This document shows, in pieces, positions 35,146 to 42,383 of a stretch of DNA of 64,000 nt; positions within the stretch are counted from its first letter, which is position 1; the number at the start of each line of letters is the position of its first letter. A program made the translations under genes and the position numbers. The notes beneath the pieces were generated by a model. That model searched no databases, had not been told where the DNA came from, and worked only from the letters and a program-made list of their open reading frames with translations. Source of the stretch: Christensenellaceae bacterium (lineage in GTDB: Bacteria > Bacillota > Clostridia > Christensenellales > Borkfalkiaceae); the NCBI GenBank assembly GCA_045637285.1, contig JAZTZE010000010.1, positions 9,249 through 73,248 on the forward strand, read 5' to 3'.

Positions 35146-36351
35146 ATGTACGGTCAAGAAATGTTTAACGCAAACTCTGCAGTAATAAAGGTAATTGGTG
35201 TTGGTGGCGGTGGTTGTAATGCCATAAACAGCATGATAGATTCTAACGTTACCAGTGCAGAATTTATCGCGGTAAATACTGATAATCAAGCACTTTTGCT
35301 TTCTAAAGCTAGCAAAACGCTTCAAATAGGTTTAAAATTAACTAAAGGCTTAGGCGCAGGCAGTGACCCTAACGTAGGTGAAGCTGCGGCTGAAGAGTCG
35401 AAAGAAGAAATTATAGAACTTTTGCAAGGAACGGACTTATTGTTTATAGCGTCTGGTATGGGCGGTGGCACAGGTACTGGTGCAGCTTCTGTAATTGCGA
35501 GAATTGCTCGCGAACTCGGCATACTTACCGTTGCCGTTGTAACCAAGCCATTTATGTTTGAAGGCAAGGTTAGAAACGAAAATGCAAACAAGGGTATTTC
35601 AAATCTTAAAAAATACGTTGATACACTCGTTGTGATTCCTAACGACAAATTGTTGCAATTTTTACCCGCGCAAACGGGTATGCTTGAAGCGTTTAAGGTT
35701 GCAGACGATATGTTAAAACAGGGTATCGTTGGTATAGTAGAACTTATTGCAACGCCATCGCTTATCAATCTTGACTTTGCAGACGTTAACACGGTTATGC
35801 GCAATCAAGGCTTAGCCCATATGGGTATCGGCAAGGCTAAGGGTGAAAACAGAATTATTGAAGCGGTTAGACAAGCTGTTTCGAGCCCGCTTTTGGAAAC
35901 TACTATTGAGGGCGCAAAATCTGTTATACTCAACGTTTCTGGCGGAAAAGATCTTATGCTTAACGAAATTAGCGAAGCTGCCGAACTCGTTCAAGGTATA
36001 ATTGACGAATCTGCAAACATTATTTTCGGTGCTTCAGTTGATGCTAATGGTATTGATGAAGTTAAAATAACCGTAATTGCAACAGGTTTTGCATCGGGAA
36101 ACGACTTCGATCAACCAAAAGATAACGTTGCCGTAAAACCTGCATCTTTTGTGACCGAAAGGCAACCTGTTATAGACGAATCAATACCACCGCTTCTCCG
36201 TGATGCGGACTTGTACTCTAAGGATGAAATCGTTGAAGAGCCTGTTCAAGAAGAAATTAAAATAGAACCTGCTCCTATATTTGAGCCTGAACAAGAACAG
36301 CCGAAGGGAAGAGAGCTTCCTGCATTTATGAGAAAATTGTTCAAAAAATAA
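35146..36351 (+). CDS. ftsZ: Cell division GTPase FtsZ
   Basis: VIGVGGGGCNA, GMGGGTGTGAA, and the conserved C-terminal peptide ELPAFMRKLF. Confidence 0.98.
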   Translation: MYGQEMFNANSAVIKVIGVGGGGCNAINSMIDSNVTSAEFIAVNTDNQALLLSKASKTLQIGLKLTKGLGAGSDPNVGEAAAEESKEEIIELLQGTDLLFIASGMGGGTGTGAASVIARIARELGILTVAVVTKPFMFEGKVRNENANKGISNLKKYVDTLVVIPNDKLLQFLPAQTGMLEAFKVADDMLKQGIVGIVELIATPSLINLDFADVNTVMRNQGLAHMGIGKAKGENRIIEAVRQAVSSPLLETTIEGAKSVILNVSGGKDLMLNEISEAAELVQGIIDESANIIFGASVDANGIDEVKITVIATGFASGNDFDQPKDNVAVKPASFVTERQPVIDESIPPLLRDADLYSKDEIVEEPVQEEIKIEPAPIFEPEQEQPKGRELPAFMRKLFKK

Positions 36352-36356
36352 AATTT

Positions 36357-36380
36357 AAGGCTTACCGATTGGTAAGCCTT
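36357..36380 (+). terminator. Hairpin after ftsZ
   Basis: AAGGCTTACC-gatt-GGTAAGCCTT. Weak T-tract. Confidence 0.55.
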
Positions 36381-36435
36381 AGTTCTATTAGAATATGTTT
36401 GTAGGGTGATAATTAAAGTGTAAAGCTTTTAAGCA

Positions 36436-36469
36436 AAGCAAAAAGGTCACCCAAAAGAGTGACCTTTTA
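36436..36469 (-). terminator. Terminator downstream of tRNA-Pro
   Basis: AAAGGTCAC-N8-GTGACCTTT with a T-run on the minus strand. Confidence 0.6.
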
Positions 36470-36472
36470 ACT

Positions 36473-36548
36473 TGGTCGGAGTAGCGAGACTTGAACTCAC
36501 GGCCTCTTGCCCCCCAGACAAGCGCGCTACCAACTGCGCCATACCCCG
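36473..36548 (-). tRNA. tRNA-Pro (anticodon GGG), CCA encoded
   Basis: Minus strand CGGGGTATGGCGCAGTTGGTAGCGCGCTTGTCTGGGGGGCAAGAGGCCGTGAGTTCAAGTCTCGCTACTCCGACCA folds as a cloverleaf. Anticodon loop CUGGGGG, T-loop TTCAAGT. Confidence 0.9.
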
Positions 36549-36559
36549 TACGCTGATAT

Positions 36560-36588
36560 ATTGTAGCATAACTTTTTTAATTTTGCAA
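36560..36588 (-). promoter_or_regulatory. Promoter TTGCAA-17-TACAAT for tRNA-Pro
   Basis: Minus strand TTGCAAaattaaaaaagttatgcTACAAT, 11 nt before the mature 5' end. Confidence 0.65.
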
Positions 36589-36664
36589 CAAAAATAAGGC
36601 AAATATTTATTATTTTTTAAAATAATTTTGTAATGCTGTTTTGCATACGAAAAAATTAAGTTTT

Positions 36665-37333
36665 ATGAGAATTAGAAGAAAAAAACATTTAGATGAAAGA
36701 TTAAAAAACGTGAGTGAATATCTTATTGTTCCTGATATGGATATCGTCAACGTTAAGCTTGCAGTAAAAGATAAGAAACCGTTTGATTTTGTTAAAATTT
36801 TTGGCAATGACAACCCTGTTGAGCTTGAAGTTGGCTGTGGCAAGGGCGGGTTCATAGTTCAAAAAGCTATTAATAACCCTAACGTAAATTTTCTTGCGGT
36901 AGAACTTCTTGAAAATATAATAGTTATGGCAGCAGAGCTGGCAAAGGAAAAAGGGCTAAAAAACGTTAAGTTTGTAAATAGTGGTGCGGAATATTTGCCA
37001 AGATATATCCCAGAGCAAACTATATCTAATGTTTATTTGAATTTTTCACCGCCTTTTCCAAAAGATGGATACGAACATAGGCGTTTAACTTGCGATAGGT
37101 TTGTGCTTGCTTATAAAGATTTTTTGGTTAGTGGCGGATGCGTTTTTCAAAAAACTGACGATAGACCTTTTTTTGAGTATTCTTTTTCAAAATTCGTTGA
37201 ACATGGCTTTTCGGTTGTTGACGTTACTGATTTGCTTGGTCAAGGAAAGATAGAGAACGTAGAAACCGAATACGAAAAGAAGTTTAAATCAATTGGAATT
37301 AAGGCGAACGCGCTGATAGCGAAAAAAGAGTAA
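36665..37333 (+). CDS. trmB: tRNA (guanine46-N7)-methyltransferase TrmB
   Basis: MRIRRKKHLDERL... and SAM motif LEVGCGKGGF, then ...NFSPPFPK. Confidence 0.85.
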   Translation: MRIRRKKHLDERLKNVSEYLIVPDMDIVNVKLAVKDKKPFDFVKIFGNDNPVELEVGCGKGGFIVQKAINNPNVNFLAVELLENIIVMAAELAKEKGLKNVKFVNSGAEYLPRYIPEQTISNVYLNFSPPFPKDGYEHRRLTCDRFVLAYKDFLVSGGCVFQKTDDRPFFEYSFSKFVEHGFSVVDVTDLLGQGKIENVETEYEKKFKSIGIKANALIAKKE

Positions 37334-37372
37334 CTATCAATAAATTATGTAAACTTTACTACGGAGAATAAT

Positions 37373-38449
37373 ATGAAATTTATTCATTGTTCTGACCTGC
37401 ATTTGGACTCGAAAATTGAAGGTTTGCCAACAGAAAAATCGAGAATTAGGCGAGAAGAAATATTGCGCACCTTTGAGCGACTTGCTAAACACGCCAAAGA
37501 AAACGACGTTTGCGCTGTGATTATCGCGGGAGACATGTTCGACACTGCTCGCGTTAGTGTGAAAACTAAAGAAAGGGTTATCTCGGTTATAAGCGAATGT
37601 GCAAACGTGGATTTTATATATTTATCAGGCAATCACGACGAAAGTAATTTTATCAATACAATAGAACAATTACCCGCAAACTTAAAGTGCGTGGGAGAAG
37701 ATTGGGAGTATTTTAATTATGGTGACGTAACCATAGCGAGTATTATGTTAACCAATGCAAATTCTAAGGCTGTTTACGACACTCTTAAATTGGATGAAAA
37801 TTCAGTTAACGTTGTTGCTTTGCATGGACAAGTTGTTGGTTACAAGGGTGACGGGCAGGCGCACGATATAAGTATTCCTAAGTTAAAAGAAAAAAATATT
37901 GATTATCTTGCATTGGGGCATATTCATAGTTATAGCGAAGGGCAAATTGATTTGCGTGGCAACTATGTATATAGCGGTTGTCTTGACGGCAGGGGCTTTG
38001 ACGAACTTGGTGATAAAGGGTTCGTTCTTATAGACGTGCAAAAAGGAAAGATAAACAAAGAGTTTATAAAATTTAGTTCGAGAACTTTGCATGAATATGA
38101 ATTTAACGTAGAAAATTATCCCAGTTGGCATTCAGCCGTTATGGCAATAGAAAGTCAACTTAAAAACGAATACGATAAAAACAGTTTGATTAAGGTAGTT
38201 TTGTCTGGCGAACACAAAACGGATTTTTATATTGACACAGAAAGCCTTGCGATGAGGCTCAACGAGTTCTTTTTCTTTGCAAAGGTTTATGATAAAACAA
38301 AGCTCAAAATAGAACAATCCGATTATGAAACGGATAAGTCCGTGCGCGGAGAATTCGTGCGTGCGGTTTTGGGTGGCGATATGGATGAAGAGCAAAAAAA
38401 GCAGGTGTTACTCTTAGGGTTAAACGCGCTTAAAGGGGAGGAGATTTAA
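37373..38449 (+). CDS. SbcD/Mre11-type metallophosphoesterase nuclease (YhaO/SbcF-like)
   Basis: CSDLHLDS, AGDMFD, SGNHD, ALHG and LGHIHS. Confidence 0.85.
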   Translation: MKFIHCSDLHLDSKIEGLPTEKSRIRREEILRTFERLAKHAKENDVCAVIIAGDMFDTARVSVKTKERVISVISECANVDFIYLSGNHDESNFINTIEQLPANLKCVGEDWEYFNYGDVTIASIMLTNANSKAVYDTLKLDENSVNVVALHGQVVGYKGDGQAHDISIPKLKEKNIDYLALGHIHSYSEGQIDLRGNYVYSGCLDGRGFDELGDKGFVLIDVQKGKINKEFIKFSSRTLHEYEFNVENYPSWHSAVMAIESQLKNEYDKNSLIKVVLSGEHKTDFYIDTESLAMRLNEFFFFAKVYDKTKLKIEQSDYETDKSVRGEFVRAVLGGDMDEEQKKQVLLLGLNALKGEEI

Positions 38450-38450
38450 C

Positions 38451-40460
38451 GTGAAACTTATTAGATGCTACGTTTACTCTTTCGGCAAGCTTTGTGATTT
38501 CAGTTATGAATTTAACGATAGTTTAAACACGATAAAACAAGATAACGGTTGGGGAAAAAGCACGCTTGCAACCTTTATTAAAGCCATGTTTTATGGGATA
38601 AGTTCGTCAAAACGAAGCGTTAGTGAAAACGAAAGAATTAAGTATAGACCTTGGAATCAAACAGGCGCGTTTGGTGGTAACGTTGAGTTTGAGTGGGGTG
38701 GAAAACTGTTCAAGATAGAACGCTTTTTTGGAACAAAGGAGTCAGAAGACACTGTTAGACTTTTCGACGGGGTTACCGGCAAAGAATTTTCTAACGTTAA
38801 AAACTTAGGTGAACGTATTTTTGAAATTGACGAAGAAGGCTTTTTGTCTACCACGTATTTTTCTCAAAAAGACTTTCAAATAAAAAGCAATACGTCGCTC
38901 ACGGCAAAGTTTAATTCGGTGTGTGAAGTTCAAGATACGAAAGCATATGATAAAGCTATGGAAAAACTGGAAGAAAAGTCTAAGTTTTACAAAATACGCG
39001 GTGATAAAGGGGCGATTTCTGACGTTAAAAGAGAAATAAATCAGGTTGAAAGCCAAATAGAAGTTGCGCTTTCATCAACTATTGCAATAAAGGCGTTAAG
39101 GCAAGAAATTTCACAGCTTGAAACAAAAACGAACAGCCTTAAACTCAAAGCGGTGGATTTAACCGTTAAAATGGAGAAGCAAAACAATCAAAAAGTTATT
39201 GCTGTTAAAAAGAGTCAATACGATGAATTAATCAATCAAAAACAGTCTATTCAAAAAGAGATTGATAATGCGGACGGTGTTCTTTTGGGACGCCTACCGA
39301 GCGAGCAGGAAGTTAATGCTGTAAAGGATTGTTATAACGACCTTATAAGCATAAACAGCTCTAAAAAAGTTGCAGAAGAAAGCATAAAAGGCATAGAAGA
39401 GCAAATCGAGTGCGCGCAAAAAGCAAAAACCAACAAAAAAGGCAAGCTTGCTTTGTCGGGGGCGGTTGTTGGCCTGTTTGCTGTACTCGCGATTGTTTTT
39501 ATGTTCTTTAACGTCACGCTTTCACTTATAACTTTATTAGGATTTGTTGTTGGTTTGGCATTTTTTGTCTATTATATATCAATTAACAAAAATACGGCAG
39601 ACAATGCGTTATTAGAAATGCTTAAAAATTACAAAAACAACAAGCAAGAGTGTGAAACGCTTGAAAAGGAATATTCTGAAAAAATATCAGAGTATCTTTC
39701 GTCGTTCGCATTGCCAACCGATTGTGAAATTCAAAATGCATTCGACGTGATAAAAGATGCCGTTTACCAAAAGAGAAACGCTATAAAAAGAATGGAGCAA
39801 ATTGACGAGCAAATAGGTGCTTTTAGCGGGCTTTTAGGTGAGTTTGATAAACTGTTTTCTAATCAACAGTTGAGCGCAGACGCACTGCGCCTTGAATTAA
39901 ACGCCGTGCAAGAAGATTATGCAAAAAATACGAGTTTGCTCGCTAATAAAAAAGCAAGTTTAAGAACGCACGAACAGGCAGAGAGTGCATTGGCTGATTT
40001 AGAGAATAAAAAGGCGGAATTAGTTGTAAAGCTTGAGCAATATAACGCAGAATATAAAACCGTGTTAAAAACCATTGAATATCTTGAAAGAGCAGACGAA
40101 AATTTAAAGGTGAAATATCGCGCACCATTGCAAGATAGTTTAAATAAGTATTTGGAATATATTTCAACAAGTGGAGAAAAGGCTAATATAGATATAGATT
40201 TAAATGTTACGGTTGAAGAGCCTTCTGGTCAAAAAAACACGGATTATTACAGTAAGGGTTATCAAAATCTGTTTGAAATATGCAAACGTTTCGCACTGAC
40301 CGACGTTTTATTTACAAGTGAAAAACCTTTTATAATTTTAGACGATCCGTTTTATAATCTTGACGACGAAAAAATAAAAAGCGCGATAGAACTCATTAAA
40401 AAACTTAGTGATGAATATCAAATTATATATCTCGTTTGCCACGAAAGTAGGGTTGCATAA
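38451..40460 (+). CDS. Rad50/SbcC-like ABC ATPase with a central TM hairpin (YhaN/SbcE-like)
   Basis: N-terminal Walker A NGWGKST. Long coiled-coil-like heptad regions. Two hydrophobic helices near aa 335-385. C-terminal Walker B FIILDDPF and H-loop CHES. GTG start 1 nt after the nuclease stop. Confidence 0.8.
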   Translation: MKLIRCYVYSFGKLCDFSYEFNDSLNTIKQDNGWGKSTLATFIKAMFYGISSSKRSVSENERIKYRPWNQTGAFGGNVEFEWGGKLFKIERFFGTKESEDTVRLFDGVTGKEFSNVKNLGERIFEIDEEGFLSTTYFSQKDFQIKSNTSLTAKFNSVCEVQDTKAYDKAMEKLEEKSKFYKIRGDKGAISDVKREINQVESQIEVALSSTIAIKALRQEISQLETKTNSLKLKAVDLTVKMEKQNNQKVIAVKKSQYDELINQKQSIQKEIDNADGVLLGRLPSEQEVNAVKDCYNDLISINSSKKVAEESIKGIEEQIECAQKAKTNKKGKLALSGAVVGLFAVLAIVFMFFNVTLSLITLLGFVVGLAFFVYYISINKNTADNALLEMLKNYKNNKQECETLEKEYSEKISEYLSSFALPTDCEIQNAFDVIKDAVYQKRNAIKRMEQIDEQIGAFSGLLGEFDKLFSNQQLSADALRLELNAVQEDYAKNTSLLANKKASLRTHEQAESALADLENKKAELVVKLEQYNAEYKTVLKTIEYLERADENLKVKYRAPLQDSLNKYLEYISTSGEKANIDIDLNVTVEEPSGQKNTDYYSKGYQNLFEICKRFALTDVLFTSEKPFIILDDPFYNLDDEKIKSAIELIKKLSDEYQIIYLVCHESRVA

Positions 40461-40900
40461 TGAAGTTGAAATTAAATTTTGAACTTGTTCCAGATGGGTG
40501 CTGGAAATCTAACCTAAGAACGTTAATTTCAAAACAAGCGTGGGATTATTTAAGAAAAGATGCAAAAGAGCGCGCGGGTGGAAAGTGTATGATATGCGGT
40601 AAAAAAACTAACCGCTTAGAAGCACACGAAAGGTGGAGTTACGACGAGATTAAGGGCGTTCAAAAGCTCGAAGATATTGTTGCTGTATGTAAAGATTGCC
40701 ATCAGGCAATTCATATTGAGCGCACGCACCTAACTGGCGATTGGCAAAGAATAGAAGACCATTTTATGAAGGTGAACGAGTGTACCTATGTTCAAATGAG
40801 AAAGTTAATGGGTGAAGCTAATGAAAGGCAAAGAAAACTTAACGAAGTTCCTGAATGGGCGATAGATTTATCGTTTTTAGAGCGATATATTAAGGACTAA
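40460..40900 (+). CDS. HNH-like (beta-beta-alpha-metal) zinc-finger protein, 146 aa
   Basis: CMIC...LEAHERW...LEDIVAVCKDCHQAIH pattern. ATG overlaps the ATPase stop (TAATG). Confidence 0.55.
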   Translation: MKLKLNFELVPDGCWKSNLRTLISKQAWDYLRKDAKERAGGKCMICGKKTNRLEAHERWSYDEIKGVQKLEDIVAVCKDCHQAIHIERTHLTGDWQRIEDHFMKVNECTYVQMRKLMGEANERQRKLNEVPEWAIDLSFLERYIKD

Positions 40901-40902
40901 AA

Positions 40903-40926
40903 GACGGCTATAAAGCCGTTTTTTTA
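40903..40926 (+). terminator. Intrinsic terminator closing the nuclease-ATPase-HNH operon
   Basis: ACGGCT-ataa-AGCCGT followed by seven T. Confidence 0.6.
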
Positions 40927-40988
40927 ATGTAAAAAAGTTGCCTAAAAATTTTAATTGTGTTAAAATCGAATTTAATGAGGTGACACGA

Positions 40989-41783
40989 ATGGAAATTATT
41001 GACGCACACGCACATATTTACCCCGAAAAGATTGCACAAAAAGCCACGGAAACGATTGGCGTTTTTTATGATATAAAAATGGAAATGCCTGCAGGCACGG
41101 CTGAAAGGCTAATTGAAGAAGGTGCGAAAGCAGGTGTTAAAAGATACGTCGTTCACTCTGTTGCAACTACCGCCCATCAGGTTCGTTCAATAAACCAATT
41201 TATAAAAAGTCAAATGGAAATTCACCCCGAATTTATTGGGTTTATGACGTTGCATCAAGACTTAACAGAAGAGCAGGTTAAATCAGAGATTGATTGGGCA
41301 ATTGAAAACGGGTTTAAGGGCATAAAATTACACCCTGATTTTCAAAAATTTAATATAGACGATCCGTTGGTGGAAAAGTTTTACGTTCACGCTGGGGGTA
41401 AACTTCCTATCCTATTTCATGTAGGCGACGATAGGTTTGATTATTCCAAGCCACAAAGACTTGTTAACGTTGCTAAAAAATTCCCGGCAGTTAACTTTAT
41501 TGCTGCCCATTTCGGTGGATACCGTTGCTGGGAAGACGCGCATATTTATAAAGGGCTAAGTAACGTTTATTTTGACACATGCTCGTCGCTCGCGTTCATA
41601 ACGCCCGAAAAAGCAAGGCAAATTATTGATATTCTTGGTGCAGATAAGTTCTTTTTTGCGACTGATTTTCCGATGTGGGATGCGGTGGGTGAACTTGAAC
41701 GTTTTAACAAAATAAATTTAAGCGAAAAAGAGCGCGAAATGATTTTTAGTCTTAACGTTAAAAAGTTGTTAAAAATCGTATAA
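40989..41783 (+). CDS. Amidohydrolase-2 / TIM-barrel metal-dependent hydrolase family protein
   Basis: MEIIDAHAHIYPEKI..., ...KLHPDFQ..., ...HFGG... and ...ATDFPMW. GAGGTGA RBS. The ORF-track TTG at 40938 is unlikely. Confidence 0.7.
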   Translation: MEIIDAHAHIYPEKIAQKATETIGVFYDIKMEMPAGTAERLIEEGAKAGVKRYVVHSVATTAHQVRSINQFIKSQMEIHPEFIGFMTLHQDLTEEQVKSEIDWAIENGFKGIKLHPDFQKFNIDDPLVEKFYVHAGGKLPILFHVGDDRFDYSKPQRLVNVAKKFPAVNFIAAHFGGYRCWEDAHIYKGLSNVYFDTCSSLAFITPEKARQIIDILGADKFFFATDFPMWDAVGELERFNKINLSEKEREMIFSLNVKKLLKIV

Positions 41784-41789
41784 AAATAC

Positions 41790-41819
41790 TTGACAAAATG
41801 CGGTTTTTGGATATATAAT
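41790..41819 (+). promoter_or_regulatory. Promoter P1, TTGACA-18-TATAAT
   Basis: TTGACA at 41790-41795 and TATAAT at 41814-41819. Confidence 0.65.
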
Positions 41820-41835
41820 ACACAAAAAAATAAAA

Positions 41836-42056
41836 CGCAATGAAGGAAACAGACGTTTTAAGTTGATTAGAGAATTGGCGGTTGGTGCAAGCCAAGGAAG
41901 CGAAAAACGTTACTCATTCCCGAGCGGAAACGGCGAACAATTTTAGTAGGCGTTTACGGAGCTTCCGTTACAAGCAAAGAGTGGCCACGAGTTTGTGGCA
42001 ATTCGGGTGGCACCGCGGTTTAATAATCGTCCCTGACAGTTTGTCAGGGCTTTTTT
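41836..42056 (+). promoter_or_regulatory. T-box leader 1 (complete Stem I). Best-geometry specifier is CUC (Leu), but the discriminator-reading base is C
   Basis: K-turn CGC-AAUGA-AGGAA / UUCC-C-GA-GCG. AGAGA at 41869-41873. Distal loop GGTTGGTGCAA. CUC-A at 41913-41916 directly 5' of the UUCC helix. F-box CCGTTA. T-box AATTCGGGTGGCACCGCGG. Terminator CCCTGACA-gtt-TGTCAGGG followed by T-run. Confidence 0.85.
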
Positions 42057-42108
42057 ATTTTTTAATCGTTTATAGTGTGCTAAAAAACCAATACACTCAA
42101 TTATTTGC

Positions 42109-42138
42109 TTGACATTCGGTGTGTTATTATTATATAAT
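42109..42138 (+). promoter_or_regulatory. Promoter P2, TTGACA-18-TATAAT, located between the two T-box leaders
   Basis: TTGACA at 42109-42114 and TATAAT at 42133-42138. Confidence 0.6.
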
Positions 42139-42164
42139 TTTATATAATAATTTAATTGTCCGAA

Positions 42165-42352
42165 ATAAAAAGGAAGGGGATACGAAGCAAGCAATTTGCT
42201 TAAAGATGGAACGTATCAATCCGATGTATACGCACAAACCAGTAACCGTTTACGGATAACTCTGTTAAAGGTTTTAAGTGGCCGTGTTTTACGGCAATTC
42301 GGGTGGTACCGCGGTTATCAATCGTCCCTGACTTTACGTCGGGGATTTTTTA
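42165..42352 (+). promoter_or_regulatory. T-box leader 2 (paralogue of leader 1 with an atypical or abbreviated Stem I). Tentative specifier AUC (Ile)
   Basis: The 3' half is nearly identical to leader 1: CGTTTACGGA, CTGTTA, GCCGT/ACGGC stem III, AATTCGGGTGGTACCGCGG, and terminator TCCCTGAC...GTCGGGGA followed by T-run. No AGAGA or distal loop recognised. AUC-A at 42215-42218 precedes AUCC. Confidence 0.7.
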
Positions 42353-42383
42353 TTTTGAACAATTCATTGTTAGGAGATAGGTT

